Notes: generated from the letters alone by a model not told the origin. Positions 37,899-48,531 are shown, numbered from the stretch's first letter. The stretch: DNA of 64,000 bases from Lachnospiraceae bacterium (GCA_024687655.1 JAILEN010000214.1:14523-78522), one strand, 5' to 3'. Program-made: numbers and translations.

Positions 37899-37932
37899 AA
37901 TCTCCTGTATACAACACTACAGGAGATTTTTG
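37899..37932 (+). terminator. Rho-independent terminator
   Basis: AATCTCCTGTA (37899-37909) / TACAGGAGATT (37918-37928), an 8-nt loop, then a T tract. Confidence 0.8.
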
Positions 37933-37945
37933 TTTGGGGGATTAA

Positions 37946-37972
37946 TGTCATCCTGAGCGCAGCGAAGGATCT
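37946..37972 (+). repeat. Dispersed hairpin repeat, copy 4
   Basis: TGTCATCCTGAGCGCAGCGAAGGATCT with internal stem ATCCT/AGGAT. It lies immediately after terminator 37899-37932. Confidence 0.6.
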
Positions 37973-38029
37973 TTTTCTCTCGGTAATCTCAAAGTGGAAA
38001 ACTAAAAATTTCAAAGGAGGTACAGGTCT

Positions 38030-38425
38030 ATGAAGGGATTTGTAAAGAAGCTGTTAAGCTGCACCCTTGCGGCAGCATTGATTTGTTCCCTTGCACCGAA
38101 TGTGGGGGGGTAATGCAGGTAAGGTAGAAGCGGCAGATACGCAGTATCAGTGGGTTAAGGTTGGAAGTACCAGCTACACCACAGGTAGTACGTATACCGA
38201 GACCAAAGACAGCTATGATAGTTATCGGTCTTATAGTGCCGAATATGGAAACATTGTTACCGGTGCAAACGGCAAGCAAGACCATGAGCAAAGGAAATCT
38301 CAAAGTTGGTGACCGGATAAAGCACGACCTATTATGTCCAGGTAAGAGCCTTCGCTAAGGACTCCAGTGGTGAAAAGGTCTACGGCCCCTGGTCTGCCAA
38401 GAAGAAGGTTAAGATAAAGAAGTGA
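38030..38425 (+). pseudogene. Remnant of a small secreted (Fn3-like tail) protein, at least 3 frame changes
   Basis: SD AAAGGAGG plus MKGFVKKLLSCTLAAALICSLAPNVGG stops at a G7 run (38104-38110). It continues in other frames as NAGKVEAADTQYQWVKVGSTSY..., then ...GNLKVGDRIK..., then ...YYVQVRAFAKDSSGEKVYGPWSAKKKVKIKK* (stop 38423-38425). Confidence 0.6.
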
Positions 38426-38447
38426 GGAAATAATTCACCATATAGAA

Positions 38448-38486
38448 CCCCTGCCATGTGATAAGAAATGTGGCAGGGGTATTATT
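38448..38486 (+). terminator. Probable terminator hairpin
   Basis: CCCCTGCCA (38448-38456) / TGGCAGGGG (38471-38479). The trailing T tract is interrupted (TATTATT). Confidence 0.45.
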
Positions 38487-38557
38487 ATGCCATATTAGCA
38501 TGAGCGCCTTGATTTATCCGTGAATCGGGGGTAGTATGATTTCGGAGGTAAGCATAT

Positions 38558-39994
38558 ATGTTTTCTGAGAGACTGATAAAGATAATAGCTGATCTGGGAA
38601 CCCATAATGGCGTGATAGCAGGATATGCCAAGCTGGACCGTTCCAGCATCAGCCGCCTTCGTTCCGGCAGCCGTTGGGTGGCACCTGACAGCGATCCGGT
38701 AAAAAAGATGGTCCACGGCATTGTGGGATATGCAGAAGCTGAGAAGAAAAAGGAAAAGCTTTTACAGATCATAGGGTCTGATGCCGATCTATCCGGCGAA
38801 GAACTGGAAAATGCTGTGATCGCATGGCTTTACGAGGGTGAGGATGCCCCCGTAAAGGAAGAGGCTAAAAGTAGAAACATAAAAAAACGCAGGGAAACTG
38901 GCGCAAAATACGGAAGCCGCCTGGATCGGGTGATGAAACTGGTGGGGCTCTGTAATATATATGTCTGCGAAAAGGCTGCCGTGGATCCTGGCGCCATGAG
39001 CCGATACCGCTCGGGTCAGCGCTTTCCGAAGTACGGCAACCGGATTTCAAAGGACATCACCGCTGTCATATTGGAGCGTATCATAGCTGACGGCTGGAAG
39101 GGCAGTATTGCGGAGCTTCTCGATTTCCCGGAGGATATCCTGGATGAGGAGTATTTTTACCGCTGGCTCTGCGATTATGATGAGAAGTATACGGAGAGCT
39201 CTAAGGATGTGGAGAAGCTGTTATCTGCTTTTGATTCTTATACTCAGAACAAGATTCCACTCCTTCCGGACATCTCCGAGTTTGTACCGGCTTCCGCTTA
39301 CAAAACCAAAAAGAAGATATACAAGGGTCATAAGGGCCTCCAGGAAGCAGTAATAAGATTTTTGGCAAATGCCATAAAAAACAATTCCCCGGAACTGCTT
39401 TTATATTCGGATAAGGGCATGGAGTGGATGATGGATAAAAAGTTTGCGCCGAAATGGGCTGCGCTTATGTATGCCTGTATCATGTCAGGCACAAAGATCA
39501 GGATCATCCACAATATCGAAAGGGATCTGTCTGAGATGAACGATGCTATCATAAGCTGGCTGCCTCTTTATATTTCCGGGATGATAGAGCCGTATTACAG
39601 TAAAAGGACAGGGGGAGAGCGGTTTTCACATACACTTTTCATCGATCCGAAGTGCGGATGTATCGAGGCATGTCATGTAAGGGGTACCGAGGCAGATGGC
39701 GTGTATGAGTATCGTACGGCCGCCGCAGATCTTTCCAGGTACAAAAAGCATTTTGAACACATGTTAAGGGAATGTGATATGTTGATACGCTTTATCCCGG
39801 GAGCGGATGATGGCTATGGGGAAGCCGGGACAAAGATCTACAGTATACCTTTTTCAAATATTCATTCACTCAGGATAGGAAACGATCATGTAAGCCTTGT
39901 AAGGACAAAGGACCCCATCGGATCCGTCGTTTTTACTCATCCACTGATGTGCAGGGCGTTTAGGGTCTATGTTGCTAGTGTGACTCCTTTATAA
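38558..39994 (+). CDS. Hypothetical protein with two N-terminal HTH-like segments
   Basis: 478 aa with SD GGAGG. Two XRE-like stretches are present (...GVIAGYAKLDRSSISRLRSG and ...VCEKAAVDPGAMSRYRSG). The remainder is unrecognised. Confidence 0.5.
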   Translation: MFSERLIKIIADLGTHNGVIAGYAKLDRSSISRLRSGSRWVAPDSDPVKKMVHGIVGYAEAEKKKEKLLQIIGSDADLSGEELENAVIAWLYEGEDAPVKEEAKSRNIKKRRETGAKYGSRLDRVMKLVGLCNIYVCEKAAVDPGAMSRYRSGQRFPKYGNRISKDITAVILERIIADGWKGSIAELLDFPEDILDEEYFYRWLCDYDEKYTESSKDVEKLLSAFDSYTQNKIPLLPDISEFVPASAYKTKKKIYKGHKGLQEAVIRFLANAIKNNSPELLLYSDKGMEWMMDKKFAPKWAALMYACIMSGTKIRIIHNIERDLSEMNDAIISWLPLYISGMIEPYYSKRTGGERFSHTLFIDPKCGCIEACHVRGTEADGVYEYRTAAADLSRYKKHFEHMLRECDMLIRFIPGADDGYGEAGTKIYSIPFSNIHSLRIGNDHVSLVRTKDPIGSVVFTHPLMCRAFRVYVASVTPL

Positions 39995-40562
39995 CATCAC
40001 GGAACCGCTCAAAAAACATTTTGTGTCCCGTCTCGGAAAAGTGCACACCGTCAGCTGCGAATTCAATGGCCCATTTCCCGGCATCATGATATTCCACGCC
40101 GGCGTCAGAACACAGGGCCTCAAAGCCCTCGTTCATCTCTATGGACGCCTGCCGCAGCTCACCCGTTCCGTCCAGCCTGGCGGAAAAATATGCCGGCCCT
40201 ATGACAATGAACCTGACCCCCTTTGTACTCTTTTGGGTCCATTCGATGAGATCCTTCATCTTGTCTATGGCATCCTTTGGTCTGGGATGGGCATTCAGCA
40301 AAAGATCATTGGTCCCCAGCATGACGACAAATGCGTCACCTTCCTCTAAAAAAGCGATCATCCTGCCCACCACATCAGCTTCGTAAGGAAATCTGGGCAG
40401 CTTCCTGCCATTCTGACCCTCGTCAGTGATCTCGTATTCCCCGGCCAATTCTTTGCGAAGTGCCGAGGTCCACCTGACAGATGCCGGGTATCTGCCGCCA
40501 AACATATCCCTGGGGTCGTATCCGTATGTATTTGAGTCTCCCAATAAAAGCAGTTTTTTCAT
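39975..40562 (-). CDS. SGNH/GDSL hydrolase family protein
   Basis: Block I LLLGDSNTYG, block III GTND, and a C-terminal D..H (DGVHFSETGH). 195 aa. Confidence 0.8.
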   Translation of the reverse strand: MKKLLLLGDSNTYGYDPRDMFGGRYPASVRWTSALRKELAGEYEITDEGQNGRKLPRFPYEADVVGRMIAFLEEGDAFVVMLGTNDLLLNAHPRPKDAIDKMKDLIEWTQKSTKGVRFIVIGPAYFSARLDGTGELRQASIEMNEGFEALCSDAGVEYHDAGKWAIEFAADGVHFSETGHKMFFERFRDVIKESH

Positions 40563-41383
40563 AGGTCTTCTCCCATATTTTTATACAGCCTGATCGCAAT
40601 AAAGAGAGTTATTACCGTCCAGATCGCAGCCCATACCTCTACCGCCCACAAGGGTACCTCACCCTTCTGATACAGGGCCGGGAAGGTATCCACTGCCATG
40701 TGCAAAAGGATGGCAAGTATCAGGTACCCTCCCTTAGCATATTTTATTCCGTAAAAGACAACTATTGTAAACCCGATATGCACAAGTATGGCAAAAAGCC
40801 GCTCTATGACATTCATGGCCATATCCGGATAATCAAAAGCAGCTGCGGCCTGGATGGAAGGAAACGCCGCTGCAGCGGTCTCCTCCGTGATATTCAATGC
40901 GCTGAGTGCACCTTTAACATCCAAGGTGGAAAACAATACCGCAACGGCAAAATACAGCATCATCGCCGGCAAAAGGACAGTCAATATCTCTATACCACCG
41001 TGACCGATACCGTATAAAACAGCATTTTCCCGGGTACGGTTCTTTTTCATGATGAACTTAAGGATAATATACCTGCCGCCTTCCTCAAAAACCCCGGCCA
41101 TGACCGTGCCGTATATCACATAGACCGCAGTATGACCGTTTATGAAGGCAGAAACCGGATTGTCCGCCAGGATACAGAAATAATGCACCCCCAGCTCCAG
41201 CACACGGGCGGAAACTATAAAACCCACAGCGCCGGCTACGAGATATGAAATATTCGTTTTATCCCTATGATTAATGCGCCAGTATATAAAAAAGGCAACC
41301 GGGATCACGATCATCACAATGACCGTGATGCCAAGAGCGGGAATGCTGCTCTTTCCGATTGCGATATTCTCAAACTCCGTCAT
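40559..41383 (-). CDS. YhfC-family intramembrane metalloprotease-like membrane protein
   Basis: 274 aa and multi-TM, with VFEEGGRY and GIGHGGIE motifs as I recall for the YhfC family. Confidence 0.6.
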   Translation of the reverse strand: MTEFENIAIGKSSIPALGITVIVMIVIPVAFFIYWRINHRDKTNISYLVAGAVGFIVSARVLELGVHYFCILADNPVSAFINGHTAVYVIYGTVMAGVFEEGGRYIILKFIMKKNRTRENAVLYGIGHGGIEILTVLLPAMMLYFAVAVLFSTLDVKGALSALNITEETAAAAFPSIQAAAAFDYPDMAMNVIERLFAILVHIGFTIVVFYGIKYAKGGYLILAILLHMAVDTFPALYQKGEVPLWAVEVWAAIWTVITLFIAIRLYKNMGEDL

Positions 41384-41413
41384 TTTACCTTCCTCAGATC
41401 ATGCAAAAAGCCT

Positions 41414-42916
41414 CTATCTGCCGGTGGGTGTGCCCATGGCCTTCAGCTCCTTCTTGCGTTCGTACATCATACGATCCGCTCTTTCAAAAACATCGCTCAG
41501 ATGCTGATCCTCTTGTTCCAAAATCGAATATCCGATGGCAATGACCACCGCTTTTTCCTTTATATTCGCCTCAACCCTGCGGTTCAGCTCGGTAATGGCC
41601 TCCTGCATCCTGTCAAAGTTTTCACCTCGAAGGATGGCCACAAACTCATCACCGCCTACCCTGAATACCTCATCATGTGTAAAAAACTCACAGATAAGAT
41701 TACATGCATCCATGATGAGCTGATCTCCAGCCGCATGACCAAAGTTGTCATTTACATATTTCAGACCGTTGATATCACCCACTACCACGGCCAACTTCTG
41801 GAAATCTCCCTTCTCGATGCTGTTGTTGATATATGCTTCCTCCTCTGAATAGGCGTGCTTGTTCTTGACTCCAGTCATGGAATCCGTATTTGCCATGTTG
41901 CGGAAATTTCTGCTGGTTTTCTTTTCTTCCTCCAGCTTCTCATTGGAAAGCTTGCTAAACTGCAGCAGTAGGATAGTAGCCAGCACTAATACGGACACCA
42001 GGGTGAAAATGATCTGGTTTCTGCTGGTCTCAAGGTTTCTCTCGCTGACATCCCGGATCTGATCCTGTATGACGCTCTCACGGATCAGTACCGCTGCAAC
42101 CCAGTCCGTGCCCTCAATGGGCACGTAGCTCAAGGTCTCGTTGGCCCCATCGCTGGAAAAAGTAAGGCTTCCCTCTTTGCCTTTTTCAAAATTCTCCCGG
42201 TTTTTATTCCATACTTCCTCCGAAACCAGTCCCTCGATAGCCCCAAAAAAGTTCTGATTGGAGATCACGGGTCCCAGGGGTGTACCGGAAATGTTACTTC
42301 CGCTCTTCGAATACAAGGAAAAATGGGTCCTGCCCTGATTATCATCGGCCAGCATGTCCGCTATGTAATCTATATCGAACTGGACAAAGCAGACCTTGTA
42401 ATTCTTTCCCATAATGGAAAGGCCTGGGGTGGGTATGGCCAGGCACAGCTGTCTGGAAGAGCCATAGAGGGTACCGATGCTGATGACCCTGTCATCTAAG
42501 CTCTCCTGGGACAAAAAGGCATGCCTGCTCCTGCCGGTATAGGTGGTGTACCGGGTATACACCACATTATTCTCATCAACCAGGGCAAACTGGTTCATAC
42601 CCAACAGGGACTCCAGCCTGCCGATGATCTCCCGCAGCTCTTCCTGGGAATGAATGTCTTCATCCTCAATATAGGCGACGGCTATGGCCATCTCATCAAA
42701 ACTGTTGCTTATCAGGCTTGTGATGGTCTTGGCATGGCTGTCAGCCATAGTCTCCAGGTAAAAGGAGCTGACCGCCGAAACCGCATCATCCGTTGCATCA
42801 CCGGTCTGCTTTGCACTCCAAAAGGTGTTTATGATCACCATTGCCGTAATAAGCAAACTGCCTATAGCAGCTGTTAATACAAAGGTTTTCGTTGTGATCT
42901 GTTTCTTCTGTTTCAT
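41414..42916 (-). CDS. Sensor diguanylate cyclase (TM, extracytoplasmic Cache-like domain, TM, GGDEF)
   Basis: 500 aa with an intact RVGGDEF site. A large periplasmic segment lies between the two TM helices. Its start overlaps the stop of the upstream binding-protein gene (ATGA). Confidence 0.85.
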   Translation of the reverse strand: MKQKKQITTKTFVLTAAIGSLLITAMVIINTFWSAKQTGDATDDAVSAVSSFYLETMADSHAKTITSLISNSFDEMAIAVAYIEDEDIHSQEELREIIGRLESLLGMNQFALVDENNVVYTRYTTYTGRSRHAFLSQESLDDRVISIGTLYGSSRQLCLAIPTPGLSIMGKNYKVCFVQFDIDYIADMLADDNQGRTHFSLYSKSGSNISGTPLGPVISNQNFFGAIEGLVSEEVWNKNRENFEKGKEGSLTFSSDGANETLSYVPIEGTDWVAAVLIRESVIQDQIRDVSERNLETSRNQIIFTLVSVLVLATILLLQFSKLSNEKLEEEKKTSRNFRNMANTDSMTGVKNKHAYSEEEAYINNSIEKGDFQKLAVVVGDINGLKYVNDNFGHAAGDQLIMDACNLICEFFTHDEVFRVGGDEFVAILRGENFDRMQEAITELNRRVEANIKEKAVVIAIGYSILEQEDQHLSDVFERADRMMYERKKELKAMGTPTGR

Positions 42917-44025
42917 AGTATCTCACCGTACAACAATTCAAGCATCAGCGCCGCGTCCTTCTGATAAATAACGGTAGTGATCTCATCTGTTTTTTCAGGG
43001 AACAGGTCACCTGCCATGTTGCCGTCCGCGATCTTTACCGCAGTCTGTATCGTATCAAAGCCTATGGAATAGCAGTCCTGAACCCCAAGGCAATAGATAA
43101 TGCCCTCATCCAGATAGCGCAGGGCCTCCTCGTCGTGGTCCATTCCCACAATGACGGCACTGCTGTTTAATTCCATGACAGCCCGAGCAGCCCCCACGGG
43201 ATTACTCATGTTGCAACATACGATACCATCCAGATCCGGATGGTCCTTCAGGATCTTTTTGGTCAAAAAATAAGCGACATCCACGGAATCCTTGTCATAC
43301 TCCGTGGCGACTATCTCCATATCCTTATATTTTGCAATGGTATCACTGGCGCCCTTTGCTCTGTCTTCATGACAGGGCGCCCCCGGATTTCCCACAAGGA
43401 TAGCGATCTTGCCCTTATATTCCAGCTTTTCGCAAAGAGCCTCTGTCAGATCCGCACCATCCTGATAATTATGGGTATTGCCCATATAGGCTATCCGCTT
43501 ACAGCCTTCGGCGGCATCGGAGCTGGAAAAGGTCATAACCTTTGTCCCGGCATCCACCATTTTATCCAGGAGAGGAGAGATGATATCCTCATCCGCAACG
43601 TCCACACCTATCACATCATAGTCCTTTTTTTCTGCCTCAGTAAGCCTCGCGGCCTGGTCCTGTGCAGAGGCATGATCAGGAGCCATGTACTCGTAGGTGA
43701 CGGTGATACCTCTGTCCAGATACTGCCTCTGGGCCTCTTCCATACCCAGGGCTACGGCATCCCACCAGGGATGGACTATCTTGTAGGTGAAGTAAAAATT
43801 ATAATGATCCTTTTGGGGCCTGTAGGAATCCAGATTATGCTCAAAATTAACCGCACTTAGGACAGTATCCGCCGGTTCTGCATGGTCCTCTGTAAAACTC
43901 TCTTTCACATCCAAAGTGCCCTCATCCTCCCCGGCTTTGTCAGATACCGAGGAGCATGCAGCAAAAATGAGCATCGAAAAAATTGTCAGCAGCAGTATGA
44001 TCTTTTTCTTTCCATTTCCCGGCAT
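42913..44025 (-). CDS. Lipoprotein, periplasmic sugar-binding-protein fold (Peripla_BP family)
   Basis: Start chosen at MPGNGKKKIILLLTIFSMLIFAAC (lipobox). The PBP-like body includes ...YDVIGVDVADEDIISP...KIAILVG.... The longer ORF-track N-terminus has no signal peptide. Confidence 0.7.
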   Translation of the reverse strand: MPGNGKKKIILLLTIFSMLIFAACSSVSDKAGEDEGTLDVKESFTEDHAEPADTVLSAVNFEHNLDSYRPQKDHYNFYFTYKIVHPWWDAVALGMEEAQRQYLDRGITVTYEYMAPDHASAQDQAARLTEAEKKDYDVIGVDVADEDIISPLLDKMVDAGTKVMTFSSSDAAEGCKRIAYMGNTHNYQDGADLTEALCEKLEYKGKIAILVGNPGAPCHEDRAKGASDTIAKYKDMEIVATEYDKDSVDVAYFLTKKILKDHPDLDGIVCCNMSNPVGAARAVMELNSSAVIVGMDHDEEALRYLDEGIIYCLGVQDCYSIGFDTIQTAVKIADGNMAGDLFPEKTDEITTVIYQKDAALMLELLYGEIL

Positions 44026-44143
44026 TTGTGGTACCTCGTTTTGTGGTATAACGAACCAGTATTCTAAAAATGTCCCCCCACCGCCCGAAAAATATCGGCA
44101 GGGTGGAGGAACATCCTTTAACTCCAGTGTAACCGTTTTCTGC

Positions 44144-45928
44144 TTATCCTTCGATATCTCCTGATATATCCGATCCGGACAGTATGAACCTGCCAACTAT
44201 CTCGGAAAGTCCGCCTGAGGACGATTCCACGTCGCCCTGGGTATTCCTCAGATTGTCCACATTCATCTGAACGGTCTGAGCAGTAGCAGAAAGCTCCTGA
44301 GAGGTTGCAGCGTTCTCTTCGGATATTGCCGAAAGGCTGGAAACGCTGTCCTCGATGACTCTGCTCTTGGCATTCAGCTCCGCATTGATCATCTCAATAT
44401 CCGCTATGGCGCTTTCAACTGTGGAAACGGAGGCTACTATGCTGGAGAAGCTCTCTCTGGTCTTGGCAACCGCCTCGTTTTGCTTATCAACCATGTTCTT
44501 AACTATATTGGACTTCTCGATGGCACCATTGGTGCTTTCCTGTAGCCTGCCCAGGATCTCGTTGATCTGGTCTACGGACTCCTTGGACTGGTCAGACAGC
44601 TGTCTGATCTCGTCAGCTACCACTGCAAAGCCCTTGCCTGCATCACCGGCTCTGGCGGCCTCTATGGAGGCGTTAAGTGACAAAAGGTTGGTCTGGTTGG
44701 CTATGGATGAGATCATCTCGGAAGCACTGGAGATCTCATCAGAGGATTTTTCCACTGCCGCAATGGCATCAAAGATACTCTGGAAGGCTGCCAGTGACTT
44801 GGTGTTGATATCAGCCAGCTCCTCAACCACTTTGTTACCCTCCTTGGTGACATTGCCGATCTCGGCAGAGGCATCCGTAAGGGTAGAAGCTGAAGCCGCA
44901 GAACGCTCCATTATGGAACCCAGCTCCGCCACATTACCACTGATATCCGTAACATCCTGAGCCATGGCTGTGGATGTATTGGCAAGATCCTGGCTGGCGG
45001 ATGACACGCCGTCCACACCGTTGGCTGTGGCCTGTGTGCCGGAGGACATGGTATTGCTGGCGCTCAAAAGTCCGTCCGAGGTATCACGCAAGGTCCCGAT
45101 GATATTCTTCAGGGCGTCCTGGGTGTCGTTGAAGGCCTGTTTCATCTTGCCTATCTCGTCATGGGAATCAACCCGGATATTATCCTGGGACAGATCATAT
45201 TTTGACAGGTGCACAAGCTTTTCGGATACTTCACGAAGACCGTTACCGATCTGCCTTGTAAGCGCCGTTGCCCATAAGCTCATGACCACTGCGATGATCG
45301 CAAACAAAACTACCGAAGTCATAATAGTCTTTTTGATCCTCGAAGCCAGAGAGACTATCTCTTTTTCAGCCCATACCTCGGTGATCTCCTGCAGTGTGTT
45401 GAGCTTGTCCCTGGCTATGGGGAACTTTTCATTGAAATCGGTATATTTAATATCATCAGTCTCATCCACTGAGGGATTATAAGACTCTCTCCATTCGGCA
45501 AAAGCGACATCAAACTCGGCTGCCACATCCTCAAAGGTCTGTCCGTCCTCTGTCTTGGTACCTGTCCAAAGGGACTTTTCGGTCTGTGCAATGGCAAATA
45601 CCTCCGCAGCACGGTCAGCAACCTGCTGTGCATTTTCCTCATACTCGCTGACATACTCATCCAGATGTGAATCTCTGGGAGCATAACCCTTTTTGGCATT
45701 CCAGCTGCTTTCAAAAAAGCTGGTGGCCCCCTTCAGGCTCTGGTAAAAATCACGATCTGCGTTGATCAGTGTAGTGTTGATGGTATAAAGCTTGGTATAA
45801 TAGGTGTCTTCGGCCTGCTTGTTGATGTTGTTAAGTTCGAATGAGAAAAAAGCAACACAGGCGATCAGAATAAATAAAGATGGTACTGTAGCAAGTACAA
45901 GCTTCAGTCGAATGGGCAGATTTTTCAT
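44144..45928 (-). CDS. Methyl-accepting chemotaxis protein
   Basis: Start MKNLPIRLK behind SD GGAGGA. It has two TM helices, HAMP, and the invariant signalling tip [32 protein letters not shown]. Confidence 0.9.
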   Translation of the reverse strand: MKNLPIRLKLVLATVPSLFILIACVAFFSFELNNINKQAEDTYYTKLYTINTTLINADRDFYQSLKGATSFFESSWNAKKGYAPRDSHLDEYVSEYEENAQQVADRAAEVFAIAQTEKSLWTGTKTEDGQTFEDVAAEFDVAFAEWRESYNPSVDETDDIKYTDFNEKFPIARDKLNTLQEITEVWAEKEIVSLASRIKKTIMTSVVLFAIIAVVMSLWATALTRQIGNGLREVSEKLVHLSKYDLSQDNIRVDSHDEIGKMKQAFNDTQDALKNIIGTLRDTSDGLLSASNTMSSGTQATANGVDGVSSASQDLANTSTAMAQDVTDISGNVAELGSIMERSAASASTLTDASAEIGNVTKEGNKVVEELADINTKSLAAFQSIFDAIAAVEKSSDEISSASEMISSIANQTNLLSLNASIEAARAGDAGKGFAVVADEIRQLSDQSKESVDQINEILGRLQESTNGAIEKSNIVKNMVDKQNEAVAKTRESFSSIVASVSTVESAIADIEMINAELNAKSRVIEDSVSSLSAISEENAATSQELSATAQTVQMNVDNLRNTQGDVESSSGGLSEIVGRFILSGSDISGDIEG

Positions 45929-46182
45929 CACATTTCCTCCGTTTTTAAAACCCGACAAAAAATAACAGAAGTAACAAAGATATTTTAACCCTTAGTCCAA
46001 CCGGTGTCAATGTGCTCAGGCCCATTACGATGAGTATATTCAAACAGTTACACCATCACACGCACATTATCATGAAACCGGGGCAATAGTAGTGGCATAT
46101 AATCGTAGTTTTGTGTATAATCTTACAGGTGGCAGCATGTATGTACTGATCAGAAAAGAATTAGAACGGGAGACCAAATAAA

Positions 46183-47274
46183 ATGACATTTAAGCTTATC
46201 AAAAAAAGAATAATTGCATCACTGACAATTCTTGCGACCCTTATCACATGGATCTCATGTGCACCTGTCGTTTCTGCGGCATCTACTAACACAGATGATA
46301 TGAGGGGCATATGGCTTTCATTTAATGATTATGCAAAACTGGGTATGAGTGATGTGGATGAGGTCACATATATAGAGAACGTGGACGCCTTTCTGGACAC
46401 GGCATCATCCTATAATTTTAACACCGTGTTTTTACATGTGCGATCACACGATGATGCCATATGGAAAAGTGAGACATTTCCCGCATCTGCATATCTGACC
46501 AAGGATGCGAGCAGGGATGTGTCTGCAGCAGATACATACGACTATGATCCTCTGGAGCTTTTTATACAGGAAGCGGCAAATTACGACATTGAGGTTCATG
46601 CATGGCTTAACCCGTATCGTATCAGCCTGACGGAGTATTTGGATCCCGGAAAGGCCGCAAATCAAAAACGTGTTAAAAAGGCTGTAAAGGAACTGGCAAA
46701 ATACGATATTGCGGGGATCCATTTTGACGATTATTTTTATCATTCCCAGGGTGGATACGTCAAGAACTATAAGTCAAAGAAGGTGTACGAAAAAAATATA
46801 ACCCCGGAAAAGAAAAGAGCAAATGTAAATAAACTTGTAAGCTCAGTATATGCTCTTTGTCAAAAAAAGGATCTTGTCTTCGGGATCAGTCCTCAGGGAA
46901 ATTATGATAACGATATGAACAGCGGAGCGGATGTTTTGACCTGGCTGACACAAGAGGGATACATAGATTACCTGGCTCCCCAGATATATTGGACAAATGA
47001 CTATGGCCCTGAAGGCGGAACGGCGATGTATACGGAGCGTCTGGCACAGTTTGAAAGCATGCATACAAATGAGGCAAAAATGTACACAGGGCTGGCACTT
47101 TATCGATGTGGGGTAGATTTCACCTACGATCATGGCTGGATTAAGTCCAATAAGAATATGAAAAAGCAGATATCTGAGGCAAAAAAAGCCGGCTGGAATG
47201 GATACATCATGTTTTCCGCAGCCTACCTTTATAATAAGGAGACGGCTAAGGAGCGAGCCAATTTAATAAAATAG
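46183..47274 (+). CDS. Glycoside-hydrolase-like GHL10 / YngK (UPF0748) family secreted protein
   Basis: A signal peptide, then MRGIWLSF...FNTVFLHVRSHDDAIW...VHAWLNPYR, which matches the pattern I recall for this family. Confidence 0.6.
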   Translation: MTFKLIKKRIIASLTILATLITWISCAPVVSAASTNTDDMRGIWLSFNDYAKLGMSDVDEVTYIENVDAFLDTASSYNFNTVFLHVRSHDDAIWKSETFPASAYLTKDASRDVSAADTYDYDPLELFIQEAANYDIEVHAWLNPYRISLTEYLDPGKAANQKRVKKAVKELAKYDIAGIHFDDYFYHSQGGYVKNYKSKKVYEKNITPEKKRANVNKLVSSVYALCQKKDLVFGISPQGNYDNDMNSGADVLTWLTQEGYIDYLAPQIYWTNDYGPEGGTAMYTERLAQFESMHTNEAKMYTGLALYRCGVDFTYDHGWIKSNKNMKKQISEAKKAGWNGYIMFSAAYLYNKETAKERANLIK

Positions 47275-47319
47275 AGCACTAAATGCTTCATTACGAGTTG
47301 TTGGCAGAAAGGGTTTATC

Positions 47320-48129
47320 ATGAAAAACGGGATAAAGATAAAAGATATCGGCATCCCTGAGCTGAGCATTTACCGGGATCTGAGTGAGATGCAGCTTCGC
47401 AGGTTCAATGAGCCGGATCCCGGCATTTTTATCTGTGAGAGTACAAAGGTTATCTGCCGGGCCCTTGATGCCAGATATGAGCCCTTATCCCTTCTTACCT
47501 GTATAGACGAGCCGGATGAGGAGGTTTCCTTCATCATGGAAAAGATGGAGGAAAGGCCGGTGTATATGTGTGAAAAGGAGGCTCTGTCCAAGCTGACGGG
47601 ATATAACCTGACCGGCGGGATCCTGTGCGCTATGAAAAGACAAGTCCTGAAAACACCGGAAGGGGTTTGCGCAGGAAAAACAAGGATTGCCGTTTTGGAG
47701 GATGTGGAAAATCCGACCAACCTGGGCGCGATATTCAGATCGGCTGCTGCGCTTGGGATTGAGGCGGTGCTTATAACCGGCGATTGTACGGATCCGCTTT
47801 ACCGGAGAGCTGCCCGGGTTAGTATGGGTACGGTGTTTTTGATACCGTGGACAAGATTTGGCAGGGGTTTTGATCATATGGGGTTCCTTTCAGACCAGGG
47901 TTTTACTACAATATCCATGGCGCTGAGTGATCGGGCCATCAGCATCCGGGACGAGAGGATAAAGCAGAGTGATAAGAGGGCGATCATCCTGGGAAACGAA
48001 GACAGCGGCCTAAAGGACGACACGATAGCAAGGTCGGATCACGTTGTAATGATACCAATGGCAAAGGGTGTGGACTCCCTTAATGTGGCAGCTGCAAGTG
48101 CGGTGGCATTTTGGGAAATGCTTTCATAA
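47320..48129 (+). CDS. TrmH/SpoU family RNA 2'-O-methyltransferase
   Basis: VEDVENPTNLGAIFRSAAALG, LGNEDSGL and IPMAKGVDSLNVAAA motifs. Confidence 0.8.
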   Translation: MKNGIKIKDIGIPELSIYRDLSEMQLRRFNEPDPGIFICESTKVICRALDARYEPLSLLTCIDEPDEEVSFIMEKMEERPVYMCEKEALSKLTGYNLTGGILCAMKRQVLKTPEGVCAGKTRIAVLEDVENPTNLGAIFRSAAALGIEAVLITGDCTDPLYRRAARVSMGTVFLIPWTRFGRGFDHMGFLSDQGFTTISMALSDRAISIRDERIKQSDKRAIILGNEDSGLKDDTIARSDHVVMIPMAKGVDSLNVAAASAVAFWEMLS

Positions 48130-48147
48130 GATAAGGGTGAGGTAAAA

Positions 48148-48531
48148 ATGGTTATTGAGCATGTGGCAATGTATGTGAAGGATCTGGAAAAGGCAAGAGA
48201 TTTTTTTGTCAGATTTCTGGATGGCAGATCCAATGATGGATATCACAATGAAAAGACGGGTTTTAAGTCATATTTCATTTCCTTTGAAGACGGTGCGCGG
48301 CTTGAGATCATGAACAAGCCCGGCATTTCGGATGACAAGGGGCATCCGGATCACTTTGGTTATGCACATATAGCTTTTTCTGTAGGTACGAAGGAGCGGG
48401 TGGATGAGTTGACGGAGGAGATCAGGAGCGCAGGTTATGAGGTGAAGAGCGGGCCGAGAACGACGGGTGATGGCTACTATGAATCCTGCATAGTGGCAAT
48501 CGAGGGAAATCAGATCGAATTGACAGTATAG
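48148..48531 (+). CDS. VOC (glyoxalase/bleomycin-resistance) family protein
   Basis: 127 aa, with the MVIEHVAMYVKDLEKARDFF start and paired beta-alpha-beta-beta-beta modules. Confidence 0.75.
   Translation: MVIEHVAMYVKDLEKARDFFVRFLDGRSNDGYHNEKTGFKSYFISFEDGARLEIMNKPGISDDKGHPDHFGYAHIAFSVGTKERVDELTEEIRSAGYEVKSGPRTTGDGYYESCIVAIEGNQIELTV

Noticed and set aside
44355-45482. Two long + strand ORFs (201 aa and 172 aa) antisense to the MCP gene
   Set aside because: Their Ala/Ser/Leu-rich low-complexity translations are the usual shadow of an MCP coiled-coil coding sequence. They have no SD and no recognisable motifs, and the minus-strand MCP carries an unmistakable signalling-tip motif.
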